A DNA stretch of 64,000 nt from positions 1,627,997-1,691,996 of the forward strand of contig OZ253543.1 in the NCBI GenBank assembly GCA_965262555.1, given 5' to 3'. This DNA comes from Vicinamibacterales bacterium (GTDB lineage Bacteria; Acidobacteriota; Vicinamibacteria; Vicinamibacterales; UBA8438). Each line of letters opens with the position of its first letter. Position 1 is the stretch's first letter. Position numbers and translations under genes: made by a program. Under the pieces are notes generated by a model. It had not been told where the DNA came from. It searched no databases and worked only from the letters and a program-made list of their open reading frames with translations. Of this stretch, positions 21,497 through 30,911 are shown one piece after another.

Positions 21497-24418
21497 TCAG
21501 CCGGCCGGAAGGGAAGGCAGCCACTCCTCCACCGGCGGGCAGGCGCAGAACAGGTTGCGATCGCCGTGCGCCTCGTTGATCCGGCTGACCGGGGGCCAGT
21601 ACTTCCGGTCGACCACGAACGGCAACGGGTACGCCGCCTGCTCCCGCGAGTATGGATGCGTCCACGCATCGGCGGTGACATCGGCGGCGGGATGCGGTGC
21701 GTTCCGCAGCACATTGTCTGTCCGGTCGGCGCGCCCGTCCGCGATCGCCTGGATCTCCGCGCGGATCGCCAGCATCGCCTCGCAGAAGCGGTCGAGCTCG
21801 TCGAGCGGCTCGCTCTCGGTCGGCTCGACCATCAGCGTCCCCGCCACCGGGAACGACACCGTCGGTGCATGGAATCCGTAGTCCATCAGCCGCTTCGCAA
21901 CATCCTGCGCCGTCACCCCGGTCTGCTCGCGCAACGGACGCAGGTCGAAGATCAGCTCGTGCGCCACTCGTCCGTTCGCGCGTGCGTAGAGAACGTCGTA
22001 GGCCGACTCCAGCCGCGACTTGATGTAGTTGGCATTCAGCAGCGCATGCCGGGTGGCGTCAGCGACGCCGTCGCGCCCCAGCATCCGGATGTAGGCGTAC
22101 GAAATCAGCAGGATGCTTGCGCTTGCCCACGGCGCCGCGGCGACCGGTGCAATGCCCTCACCCGCATCCTTCCCCGCCGCGAGCGGATGGCGCGGCAGGA
22201 ACGGCGCCAGATGCCGCGCCACGGCGATCGGCCCCATGCCCGGCCCTCCACCGCCGTGCGGAATGGCAAACGTCTTGTGCAGGTTGAGATGGCAGACGTC
22301 AGCGCCGATCCGGGCGGGTGAGGTGATGCCGACCTGCGCGTTCAGATTCGCCCCATCCATGTACACCTGCCCGCCCTGCTGATGAATGGCGTCGCAGATC
22401 TCGCGGATCGGTTCCTCGAAGACGCCATGGGTCGACGGGTAGGTGATCATCAGCGCACTCAGGCGCGACCCGTAGGCGGCGGCCTGCTCGCGCACGTGCT
22501 CGAGATCGACGTTGCCGGCGTCGTCACACTGGACGATCACCGGCTCGCATCCCGCCATCGCCGCGCTCGCCGGGTTCGTCCCATGCGCCGAGGACGGTAT
22601 CAGCACGACGTTCCGGTCGGCCTCCCCCTGCGCCCGGTGGTATGCCCGGATGGCGAGCAAGCCGGCGAACTCCCCCTGGGCGCCCGAGTTGGGCTGCACC
22701 GAAACGGCAGCGAAACCGGTGATCGCGCAGAGCATCGACTCCAGCTCGTCGACGACCTGCTGGTATCCGGCCGCCTGCGACACAGGCGCATACGGATGGA
22801 CGTTACCGAACGCCGGCCAGGTGACTGGCAGCATTTCCGCGGCGGCGTTCAGCTTCATTGTGCAGGACCCCAGCGGGATCATCGACGTGTCCAGCCCGAG
22901 GTCCTTCCGTTCGAGCTGTTTCAGGTAGCGCATCATCTGCAGCTCTGCGTGATGGCTGTTGAAGACCGGGTGGGTCAGGAACGGCGAGGTCCGCAGCAAC
23001 GCCGCGGGCCAGTCGGGCGGCGGCGCGTCAGGCTCCTCGATTAGGCCGGTTCCGGTCCCGGCAGGCGCCGCCCGTCCGACTGCGCTGGCGAAGCAGGCGA
23101 CAATCGCCGCCACGTCCGTGTCGGTCGCCGTCTCGTCGAGTGCGATCCCGATGTCGCCGCCCACGTGGTAGTGAACGTTGATCCGCGCCGCCTCCGCCGC
23201 CGCACGCACACGCGCCGTCAGGTCTACCCCACCGGTACCGATCCGCAGCGTGTCGAAGAAGCAGCCGTTCCGCTGCGTGAAGCCGAGCGACGTCAGGCGG
23301 TCTGCCAGTCCGCGCGCCAGGCGGTGCACGCTCCGCGCGATCCGGCGCAGGCCGCGCGGCCCGTGCCAGACGGCGTACATACCGGCGACGTTCGCCAGAA
23401 GCGCCTGCGCCGTGCAGATGTTCGAGGTTGCCCGCTCACGCCGGATGTGCTGCTCGCGCGTCTGGAGCGCCATCCGGTACGCGGTCCGGCCGCGCGTGTC
23501 GACCGACACGCCGATGAGCCGCCCCGGCATCTGTCGCGTGTGACGCTGCGCGGTCGCGAAGAACGCCGCATGCGGGCCGCCACCGCCTATCGGCACGCCG
23601 AAGCGCTGCGCGCTGCCGACGACGACGTCCGCGCCCATCTCACCCGGCGGCGTCACAAGGGTCAGCGCCAGCAGATCGGACGCGACCGCCACCAACGCGC
23701 CCACCGCGTGCGCCCACGCGGTGACCGGCTGTACGTCGCGCAGCCGACCGAACGCATCGGGTGACTGAACCAGCAGGCCGAAGACACCATCCGGCCCGTC
23801 CGCCGCTGCGGCTGCGCCGTCGAGCTGATCGTACCGATCGACGTCGAACGGTTCGACCTGAATCCCGAGCGGTTCGGCCCGCCCCCGCACGACCGCGATC
23901 GTCTGCGGAAAGCACTCTCTCGATACCAGGAACCGGCGCGCGTGCGGCCGCGACGACGCCTGCAGGCGGTGCAGCATCGCCATTGCCTCGGCTGCGGCCG
24001 TCGGTTCGTCCAGCAGCGACGCGTTCGCCACGTCCATGCCGGTCAAATCCTCGACCGCGGTCTGAAACGTCAGCAGCGCCTCGAGACGCCCCTGCGCAAC
24101 CTCCGCCTGGTACGGCGTGTAGGGGGTGTACCAGCCAGGCTGCTCCAGCATGTTGCGCAGGATCACCGGCGGCGTCACCGTGCCGTAGTAGCCCAAACCG
24201 ATGAACGACCGGCACGGTTCGTTCCGCGCCGCGATACCGCGCATCCGGTCAAGAAACGACGCTTCGGATTCGGCAGGCGGTAAATCGAGCGGCGCGTCGA
24301 GACGGATGCCCGCCGGCACCACCTCGTCGACGAACGCGGCGAGCGACGAAGCGCCGACCGCACGTAGCATGGTGTCGAGGTCGGACGGTCGGGGACCGAT
24401 GTGTCGGGCGGCGAACAT
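21497..24418 (-). CDS. gcvP: Glycine decarboxylase P protein (single chain)
   Basis: RHIGP, YTPYQAE..QGRLE, REQHIRRERATSNICT, MIPLGSCTMK, HLNLHKTF, DYGFHAPT, EPTESE. Confidence 0.98.
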   Translation of the reverse strand: MFAARHIGPRPSDLDTMLRAVGASSLAAFVDEVVPAGIRLDAPLDLPPAESEASFLDRMRGIAARNEPCRSFIGLGYYGTVTPPVILRNMLEQPGWYTPYTPYQAEVAQGRLEALLTFQTAVEDLTGMDVANASLLDEPTAAAEAMAMLHRLQASSRPHARRFLVSRECFPQTIAVVRGRAEPLGIQVEPFDVDRYDQLDGAAAAADGPDGVFGLLVQSPDAFGRLRDVQPVTAWAHAVGALVAVASDLLALTLVTPPGEMGADVVVGSAQRFGVPIGGGGPHAAFFATAQRHTRQMPGRLIGVSVDTRGRTAYRMALQTREQHIRRERATSNICTAQALLANVAGMYAVWHGPRGLRRIARSVHRLARGLADRLTSLGFTQRNGCFFDTLRIGTGGVDLTARVRAAAEAARINVHYHVGGDIGIALDETATDTDVAAIVACFASAVGRAAPAGTGTGLIEEPDAPPPDWPAALLRTSPFLTHPVFNSHHAELQMMRYLKQLERKDLGLDTSMIPLGSCTMKLNAAAEMLPVTWPAFGNVHPYAPVSQAAGYQQVVDELESMLCAITGFAAVSVQPNSGAQGEFAGLLAIRAYHRAQGEADRNVVLIPSSAHGTNPASAAMAGCEPVIVQCDDAGNVDLEHVREQAAAYGSRLSALMITYPSTHGVFEEPIREICDAIHQQGGQVYMDGANLNAQVGITSPARIGADVCHLNLHKTFAIPHGGGGPGMGPIAVARHLAPFLPRHPLAAGKDAGEGIAPVAAAPWASASILLISYAYIRMLGRDGVADATRHALLNANYIKSRLESAYDVLYARANGRVAHELIFDLRPLREQTGVTAQDVAKRLMDYGFHAPTVSFPVAGTLMVEPTESEPLDELDRFCEAMLAIRAEIQAIADGRADRTDNVLRNAPHPAADVTADAWTHPYSREQAAYPLPFVVDRKYWPPVSRINEAHGDRNLFCACPPVEEWLPSLPAG

Positions 24419-24798
24419 CACGCGCCGCCGATCAGCGAGGCGTAACCGTCGGCGTCGAGCAGATCCTCCACCTCCCCCGCAGCGTCGATCGCGATCGCGA
24501 TCATCCACGTGGCGTGCGGATCCTGGTTGACCGATTCCGGCTGGTCCGCGAGCGCGGCGTTGACCTCCACGACCCGTCCGCTCATCGGCGCGTACAGGTC
24601 GGACACGGCCTTGACCGATTCGATCGATCCGAACTGCTCGCCCTTCGCGAGCGCGCGCCCCACCTCCGGCAGCTCGACAAAGACGACGTCCCCGAGCTGC
24701 TCCTGCGCGTAGTGGGTCACGCCGATACGCCCGATCTCCCCCTCGAGGCGAATCCACTCGTGGTCCCTGGTGTAGCGCACATCGGTCGGATAGCTCAT
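24418..24798 (-). CDS. gcvH: Glycine cleavage H protein
   Basis: YT.DHEW, AQEQLGDVVFV, ESVKAVSD lipoyl Lys. Confidence 0.97.
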   Translation of the reverse strand: MSYPTDVRYTRDHEWIRLEGEIGRIGVTHYAQEQLGDVVFVELPEVGRALAKGEQFGSIESVKAVSDLYAPMSGRVVEVNAALADQPESVNQDPHATWMIAIAIDAAGEVEDLLDADGYASLIGGA

Positions 24799-25940
24799 CG
24801 CGGCCTCCGGTAGAACGGCATCCGGACGACCCGCGCGCGGCGGCGCGTGCCCCGGACGTCAATCATCAATTCGACGCCAGGCGCCGCGCACGCGGCCGGC
24901 ACATACGCCATGCCGATCGCCCGCTTGAGATGCGGCGTCAGCGTACCGCTCGTCACCCGGCCGACCGCGTCGTCGGCCTCACCGGCGCCGGCCTCGTACA
25001 CGTCGCATCCGGGCCGGGCAATCCCCCGATCAATCATCTCGAAGCCCACGAGGCGCCGCACCGGTCCCGCCTTGCGCTCCGCGAGCAACGCGTCCCGGCC
25101 GGCGAAGGGTCCCTTCTCCCATGCGATGATCCACCCGAGCCCTGCCTCGATCAGCGTCGTCGTCCGATCCATGTCCTGCCCGTGCAGGCGCATGCCCGCC
25201 TCGAGACGGAGCGTGTCGCGCGCGCCCAGGCCGGCTGGCACGAGGCCGTCGCCGGCACCAGCCTCGAGGAGACCGGTCCAGACCGCGGCGGCCACCGCGG
25301 GCGCCACCAGCAGTTCGAAGCCGTCCTCGCCGGTGTAGCCGGTCCGCGCAATCGTGGCGCGCGCGTTCCCCACTTCGCCGCTCGCAAACGCGAACGGCGG
25401 AATCGTCTGCAGGTCGACGCCGGTCAGTGGCTGCAGGATGGCCTCGGCGCGCGGGCCCTGCAGGGCAATCAGTGCGTAGCGCGCACTGGTGTTAATGACG
25501 ACGGCGTCAGGCGCGCCCGCCGCCGCGCTGGGCACCATCCGCTGACGAATCCAGGCGAGGTCCGTCTCGACGTTGGCGGCGTTCACCACCAGCAGGTAAT
25601 GCTCCGGAGCCAGCCGGTACACGACCAGGTCATCGACGACCGTCCCTTCCGGTGTGGTGAGCGCCGAGTATTGCGCCTCCCCTACCTTCAGCCGGCCGGG
25701 GTCGTTGGCGGTCATCTGCTGCAGCATCGCAGGCGCGTCAGTCCCGGCCAGCTCCAACTCGCCCATATGGCTGACGTCGAACAGGCCTCCGGCGGTTCGG
25801 ACCGCCCGGTGCTCCGCCGCGATCCCCGCATACTGCAACGGCATCTCCCAGCCACCGAACGACACCATCCGCGCCCCCAGGGCGGCGTGGCAGGCATGGA
25901 GGGGAGTCGTCCGCAGGGTGTCGGCCGTAGTCCGGACCAT
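24795..25940 (-). CDS. gcvT: Glycine cleavage aminomethyltransferase T
   Basis: FGGWEMP, FDVSHMG, RTGYTGEDGFE, GLGARDTLRLEAG, VTSG. Confidence 0.97.
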   Translation of the reverse strand: MVRTTADTLRTTPLHACHAALGARMVSFGGWEMPLQYAGIAAEHRAVRTAGGLFDVSHMGELELAGTDAPAMLQQMTANDPGRLKVGEAQYSALTTPEGTVVDDLVVYRLAPEHYLLVVNAANVETDLAWIRQRMVPSAAAGAPDAVVINTSARYALIALQGPRAEAILQPLTGVDLQTIPPFAFASGEVGNARATIARTGYTGEDGFELLVAPAVAAAVWTGLLEAGAGDGLVPAGLGARDTLRLEAGMRLHGQDMDRTTTLIEAGLGWIIAWEKGPFAGRDALLAERKAGPVRRLVGFEMIDRGIARPGCDVYEAGAGEADDAVGRVTSGTLTPHLKRAIGMAYVPAACAAPGVELMIDVRGTRRRARVVRMPFYRRPR

Positions 25941-26059
25941 CGGAGTGAGGAACGCGCCCGCCGGCGGGCCGCGCCGGAGCGAGCGGGGTAACCCTACTAC
26001 GCGCCCGCAGAAGGGTCAAGAATGCATGGTCGGAGTATCATGGATGGTCCTGCGCCGAT

Positions 26060-26087
26060 GTAAACGTTCGACCACCGAGCGGCATCT
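26060..26087 (+). promoter_or_regulatory. Putative autoregulated ECF promoter GTAAAC-N17-CATCT
   Basis: AAC-type -35 and CATCT -10 with a 17-nt spacer, ending 32 nt before the ECF sigma ATG. Confidence 0.5.
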
Positions 26088-26119
26088 TGGAGAGAGACGG
26101 ACCGCTACCGTTGCCGACG

Positions 26120-26788
26120 ATGACGACCAGTACAACGGCTGCCGATTGCCGCGCCGCCGCCGACTCCGAAGTGGTGACGCAGGTGAAGGCGTACCTCGCC
26201 GCCGGCAATCGGATTGCCGCGGGAGAGCGCTTCGCCGAGTTGATCGACCGCCACCAGCGGCGCGCGGCGCGCATCGCCTGGTACTACCTGCGCGACCCGG
26301 GTGAGGTGGACGAAGCGGTTCAGGACGCGTTTCTGAAAGCGTTCACCCACCTGCCGGTGTTCCGGGAGCAGTTTCTCTTCGAGCTCTGGTTCACGCGCAT
26401 CCTGGTCAACGGCTGCCTCGATCGCCTGAAGGCACGCAGCCGGCGGCGCCGGTGGGTGGTGCCGGTGGGCGACACCGAGTCGGACCAACAGGATCGGATC
26501 GCTCGAGAGGAGGCGACCGGACCGTCGCCCGAGACGGCGCTCCTCGAAGCGGAGCGGCGGACGGAGCTGTTGGCCGAGGTGGACCGCCTGCCGGAGCGGC
26601 AGCGGGCGGTTGTCGTGTTGCGCGAGTTCGAGGGCCATCCCACCCGGGACGTGGCCGCCATGCTGGATCTGAGCGAGGCGACGGTGCGGGTCCACCTGTT
26701 CCGCGCGATCCGCACGCTCCGGCGGCGGCTCGCCGGCGCCGGGTGGTTCGCGCCGACGACGCCAGGGACAGAGGAGGCTCCAGCCTGA
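26120..26788 (+). CDS. ECF RNA polymerase sigma factor
   Basis: Region 2 (DEAVQDAFLKA, WFTRILVN.C.D) and region 4 (LPERQRAVVVLR...EATVRVHLFRA). Confidence 0.93.
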   Translation: MTTSTTAADCRAAADSEVVTQVKAYLAAGNRIAAGERFAELIDRHQRRAARIAWYYLRDPGEVDEAVQDAFLKAFTHLPVFREQFLFELWFTRILVNGCLDRLKARSRRRRWVVPVGDTESDQQDRIAREEATGPSPETALLEAERRTELLAEVDRLPERQRAVVVLREFEGHPTRDVAAMLDLSEATVRVHLFRAIRTLRRRLAGAGWFAPTTPGTEEAPA

Positions 26789-27438
26789 TGCGCATGCGGG
26801 GCGAGCCGTGGCTCGGCGTCTGCTCGGCGTGGTTGCGCCGCCTGCACCCCTCGCGCCACCTGACCGACCTGGAACTGGCGGTTCTGGCGCGTCCGGAGGA
26901 GCTGCCGTCGGCGGCGAGCGCCGCCTCCGCACACGCCGTCCGGTGCGCCGCCTGCAGCGCGCGCATCGCCGAGACCCGCGCCCTGCTCAGCCGAATGACC
27001 GGGGCGGCTGAGGCGGTGTTCGACGCGGCAATTCCACCGCTCCGCCTCGCGTCGCAGCGCCGCCGTATTCTCCGTCGGCTCGAACGGATGGCCGGCGGCC
27101 CCTGCCCGGCGCGTATCCTCCGTTTTCCCGCCATCGGCACACCGACAATTCGCCACGCCGGAACCGTCCAGCGGTGGGGTACCGCCGCCGCAGTCGCCGG
27201 CGTGATGATCGGCATGGCTCTGGTGCTGCCGGGTGACATACGGCGGATGCGCCCGGAGCCGGAGGCCGCGGTTGCCGTGGCGGCGAACACCGGGGCGGCC
27301 AGCCGCCAATCGACACTGGCGGACGAGCAGTTGATGCGCGAACTCGAAGCGGCGCTGGCGACGCGCCGCGTCCAACCGCTTGTCGCCCTCGACGAGATGA
27401 CCCCCCGACTCCGCGCCGCGTCGACCGATATCCGCTGA
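26788..27438 (+). CDS. Zinc-binding anti-sigma factor (zf-HC2/ZAS) with TM helix
   Basis: TGATG coupling to the sigma gene; HL.D motif and HxxxCxxC (HAVRCAAC); hydrophobic helix TAAAVAGVMIGMALV. Confidence 0.75.
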   Translation: MRMRGEPWLGVCSAWLRRLHPSRHLTDLELAVLARPEELPSAASAASAHAVRCAACSARIAETRALLSRMTGAAEAVFDAAIPPLRLASQRRRILRRLERMAGGPCPARILRFPAIGTPTIRHAGTVQRWGTAAAVAGVMIGMALVLPGDIRRMRPEPEAAVAVAANTGAASRQSTLADEQLMRELEAALATRRVQPLVALDEMTPRLRAASTDIR

Positions 27439-27442
27439 CCCC

Positions 27443-28648
27443 GTGGCACCAGTGGCTGCACCAATCTTTCGCAAGGGACTTGACGTCAAGCATCTCGTCG
27501 CGGACGAGTTGGCGCGGGACTACCACAGCCAGTTCATCGACCAGATCCGTGATGGCGGGTTCACGCACCGCGAGGGCCGGCTGACGGTCCGCCTCGCGCA
27601 GGAATTCGGCTTCTGCTACGGCGTCGACCGGGCGGTCGACTACGCCTACCAGACCCGCCGGAAGTTTCCCGACCGGACCGTCTGGCTGACGGGCGAGATC
27701 ATCCACAACCCGCAGGTGAACACGCGGCTGCGCGACGCGGGGATCCGATTCCTGAGCGAGGGCGGCGAATCGATCGACCATGTCGGCCCTGACGACGTGG
27801 TGATCCTGCCTGCCTTCGGGGTCACCGTCGGCGACCTGGCCGAGTTGGACCGGCGCGGCTGCACGCTGGTCGACACCACCTGCGGGTCGGTGCTGAACGT
27901 CTGGAAGAACGTCCGCCGCTACGCGCGCGACGGGTACACGTCGGTCATCCACGGCAAGATCGGGCACGAGGAAACGCAGGCGACCGCATCACAGGCGGGG
28001 CTCAGCCCGGGTGGCCGTTACGCCGTCGTACGCGACGAGGCGGAGGCGCAGTTGCTGTGCGACCGCATCCGGGATGACGCGACGCCGGGGGCATTCATGG
28101 AGCGGCTCGGCCATGCCTGCTCGTTCGCCTTCGATGCGGAACGCGATCTCCGGAAGGTAGGGCTTGCGAATCAGACAACGATGCTGATGGGCGAGTCGCT
28201 CCAGATCGGCGAGATGGTGCGCCAGGCGATGGTCGACCGGTACGGGGAAGCAGCCCTCAGCGAGCACTATCGCGCGTTCGACACGATCTGCAGTGCGACA
28301 CAGGATCGCCAGGACGCTATCGTGGCGCTGCTCGACGCCGCGCATTTCGACCTGATGATCGTTATCGGCGGCTACAACAGCAGCAACACGCGGAATCTCG
28401 CCCGCATCGGCGCGGATCGGATTCCGACGTACCACATCGCCGGCCCCACCTGCCTTGAGTCGGCGTCGGCGGTGCGGCACCTGCCGGCGTCGAGCCTTCC
28501 CGGCCGCGCGGAGGCACTGGTGACGGGCGACTGGCTACCGGCGGGCCCAGTCGCGGTCGGGGTGACCGCGGGCGCGTCCACGCCCGACACCGTCGTGGGC
28601 GCGGTGATCGAGCGACTCGTGGAACTGACACGGGGAGACCTGTCATGA
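27443..28648 (+). CDS. ispH: 4-hydroxy-3-methylbut-2-enyl diphosphate reductase (long form)
   Basis: FGFCYGV, EIIHNP, DTTC, HGK..HEET, NQTT, DTICSATQDRQ, SSN, TAGASTP. Confidence 0.96.
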   Translation: MAPVAAPIFRKGLDVKHLVADELARDYHSQFIDQIRDGGFTHREGRLTVRLAQEFGFCYGVDRAVDYAYQTRRKFPDRTVWLTGEIIHNPQVNTRLRDAGIRFLSEGGESIDHVGPDDVVILPAFGVTVGDLAELDRRGCTLVDTTCGSVLNVWKNVRRYARDGYTSVIHGKIGHEETQATASQAGLSPGGRYAVVRDEAEAQLLCDRIRDDATPGAFMERLGHACSFAFDAERDLRKVGLANQTTMLMGESLQIGEMVRQAMVDRYGEAALSEHYRAFDTICSATQDRQDAIVALLDAAHFDLMIVIGGYNSSNTRNLARIGADRIPTYHIAGPTCLESASAVRHLPASSLPGRAEALVTGDWLPAGPVAVGVTAGASTPDTVVGAVIERLVELTRGDLS

Positions 28649-29103
28649 GGAACAGGTACTGGCGCCTCGCGGCGCTCCTCCTGCCGGCAGCGGCTTGGTT
28701 CGCCACCACCGCAGCCATCGAGACGAGTGCCGCCCAGCGCTTCAAGTGGTGGCAGTCCGAGGCGGCGCAAACGGAGATCGCCCTGACCGGCGATCAGGTG
28801 GTGGAGCTCGAAGCGATCTTCCAGGACATCCGGCCGACACTGCGGGAATTGATGCAGCGTCTCGGCCGGGAGGAGGACGAGCTGAGCCGACTCATGCACG
28901 CGATGCAGGCTGACGAATGGGAAGTCGCGTTGCAGATCGACAAGGTCGAAGGGGCGCGTAGCGCGCTTAGCAAGACCCGCACCCTGATGCTGTACCGGAT
29001 GCACAGGATGCTGGCGCCGGAGCAGATCGACGCTCTGCACGAGATGTGGGAGCGCCGCCAGCAGCGGCAGTCGTCGTCAACCCATCCCTCCGGCCAGCGG
29101 TAG
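28645..29103 (+). CDS. Spy/CpxP-like periplasmic protein
   Basis: Signal peptide, KWW motif, LTxxQ-type motifs (LTGDQ, LAPEQ), all-helical. Confidence 0.75.
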   Translation: MRNRYWRLAALLLPAAAWFATTAAIETSAAQRFKWWQSEAAQTEIALTGDQVVELEAIFQDIRPTLRELMQRLGREEDELSRLMHAMQADEWEVALQIDKVEGARSALSKTRTLMLYRMHRMLAPEQIDALHEMWERRQQRQSSSTHPSGQR

Positions 29104-29108
29104 CTTCC

Positions 29109-29134
29109 GAACCTGGGGCACCGTGCCGCCGTCT
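29109..29134 (+). promoter_or_regulatory. Putative ECF promoter GAAC-N17-CGTCT upstream of tolC-macAB-like genes
   Basis: GAAC at 29109, 17-nt spacer, CGTCT at 29130; AGGAGG RBS at 29191 before TTG 29204. Confidence 0.5.
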
Positions 29135-29203
29135 CTATACGCATATCCCGGGAAGAAAGCCGTTGCCAGGCCAGTCAGTGATACCGGAGCAGGAGGAAAC
29201 GCC

Positions 29204-30859
29204 TTGACCAGTCACGTCCGTCTCGCCGCAGCCGTCTGGCTGCTCGCCGTGGGAGCGCTCGGCGCGCCCGCGCGCACGGCCCAGGCCCAGATTCTCGTGC
29301 CCGGCGGCGCGTTCGAGCCGGGCGGTGTCGCCGCGCCGCGCCGGACCGCCCAGGGGGCACCGTCCGCGCAGGTGTTCAACCTCAGGCTCGATGACGCCAT
29401 CGAGCGGGCGCTCGAGCGAAACCTGGACATCGCGGTCCAGCGGATCAACCCGCTGGTGCAGGACATGGCGGTGGCGACCGCGAACGCGGCATTCCTGCCG
29501 ACCGTGTCGTCCAACTTCGGTCTGAACCAATCCACGTTCCCTAACCGGACGCTGTTCGACGGCGGCGGTCTCGAGGGAGATTCCGTCGTGACGGACCGTG
29601 GGAACTACGACCTGGGACTGGGTCAACAGATGAAGTGGGGCGGCGGCCGCTACACCGTCACCTGGGACAGTAACCGCCAGGAATCGACGAACGTCTTCAA
29701 CAGTTTCAATCCGAGCTACGGCGCCAACATGAACCTGGGCTATACCCAGCCGCTGCTGCGCGGCTTCCGGACTGATCAGCGCCGGACGCAGTTGGCGGTG
29801 TCGCAGATCAACCGCGACATTACGGAGATCGATCTGGAGCAGACGATCATCAATACGCTGGCCAACGTCCGATCGCGCTACTGGGATCTGGTGTACGCCA
29901 TTGCGTCAGTCGACGTGCAGCAGCGGGCGCTCGAACTGGCCGAGCAATTGGTGCGCGACAACCGGGCGCGGGTGGAGATCGGCACGCTGGCGCCGATCGA
30001 CGTGGTGCAGGCGGAGTCGGAGGCGGCAGCGCGCCGGCAGGCGCTGGCTCAGACGATGCAGGTGCTGCGGACGGCCGAGCTGGCCCTCAAGCAGTTGATC
30101 GTGAACGGCACCGGCGACGAACTGTGGACCGCCGAACTCAACCCGACCGATCAACCGCAGGTCGAAACGTCGCCAATCGACCTGGAGGAGGCGATCAGCG
30201 GCGCCCTCGATCGACGCACCGACATCGCGCGCGTCCGCCAGCTGCTTGACATCAACGACGCCAACGTCGAGAACCTGCGCAATGCCACACTTCCCGCGCT
30301 GGATCTGGTCGGCAACTACCAGTTGACCGGTCAGGGCGGGCCGCGCCTGGTCCGCGAGAACTTCTTCGGCGAGGTGACCAGGGCAATACCGGGCGGCTAC
30401 AGCAACGCCGTCGGCAGCATCATCAGCGGTGACTACCCGTTCTGGAGCATCGCGCTGCAGATGAGCTACCCGCTTGGCCAGAGCACCGACAAGGCGGCCT
30501 ATGAACGGGCGCGGCTGCAGGTGCAGCAGACCACTGCGCAGCTCCGGCAGATCGAGCTGCAGATCGCCACCGAGGTGACCAACGCGGCGTTGCAGATCGA
30601 TGCGATTCAGCAGCGGATCGAGGCGGCGACCGCGGCCCGTGAGCTGGCCGCGGAGCAGTTGCGCGCCGAGGAGAGCCGCTTCGAGGTGGGATTGTCGACC
30701 AACTTCTTCGTCGTGCAGGCACAGCGCGATCTGGCGACAGCGCAGGACAACGAGCTCCGGGCGATTCTGGACTTTCAGTTGGCGCTGATCGAGCTGGAAC
30801 GGGCCCAGCGCTCCTCGCTCGGTGCTACGGGCATTACGCTCATCGGAGGCGGACAGTAG
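29204..30859 (+). CDS. TolC family outer-membrane efflux protein
   Basis: Signal peptide from TTG 29204; two OEP repeats (ALERNLDI..., RVEIG.LA..DV.QA, RFEVGLST...V.QAQ). Confidence 0.9.
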   Translation: MTSHVRLAAAVWLLAVGALGAPARTAQAQILVPGGAFEPGGVAAPRRTAQGAPSAQVFNLRLDDAIERALERNLDIAVQRINPLVQDMAVATANAAFLPTVSSNFGLNQSTFPNRTLFDGGGLEGDSVVTDRGNYDLGLGQQMKWGGGRYTVTWDSNRQESTNVFNSFNPSYGANMNLGYTQPLLRGFRTDQRRTQLAVSQINRDITEIDLEQTIINTLANVRSRYWDLVYAIASVDVQQRALELAEQLVRDNRARVEIGTLAPIDVVQAESEAAARRQALAQTMQVLRTAELALKQLIVNGTGDELWTAELNPTDQPQVETSPIDLEEAISGALDRRTDIARVRQLLDINDANVENLRNATLPALDLVGNYQLTGQGGPRLVRENFFGEVTRAIPGGYSNAVGSIISGDYPFWSIALQMSYPLGQSTDKAAYERARLQVQQTTAQLRQIELQIATEVTNAALQIDAIQQRIEAATAARELAAEQLRAEESRFEVGLSTNFFVVQAQRDLATAQDNELRAILDFQLALIELERAQRSSLGATGITLIGGGQ

Positions 30860-30911
30860 CCACCGCCTGCGAAGCGGGCGGGGACGGTCGGAAGAAGAGA
30901 GGATCACGATC

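Noticed and set aside
25941-26059. Possible glycine riboswitch upstream of gcvT
   Set aside because: The region is short, shared with the divergent ECF promoter, and I could not find the GGAGA...CCGAAG...CTCTCAGG aptamer elements on the minus strand.
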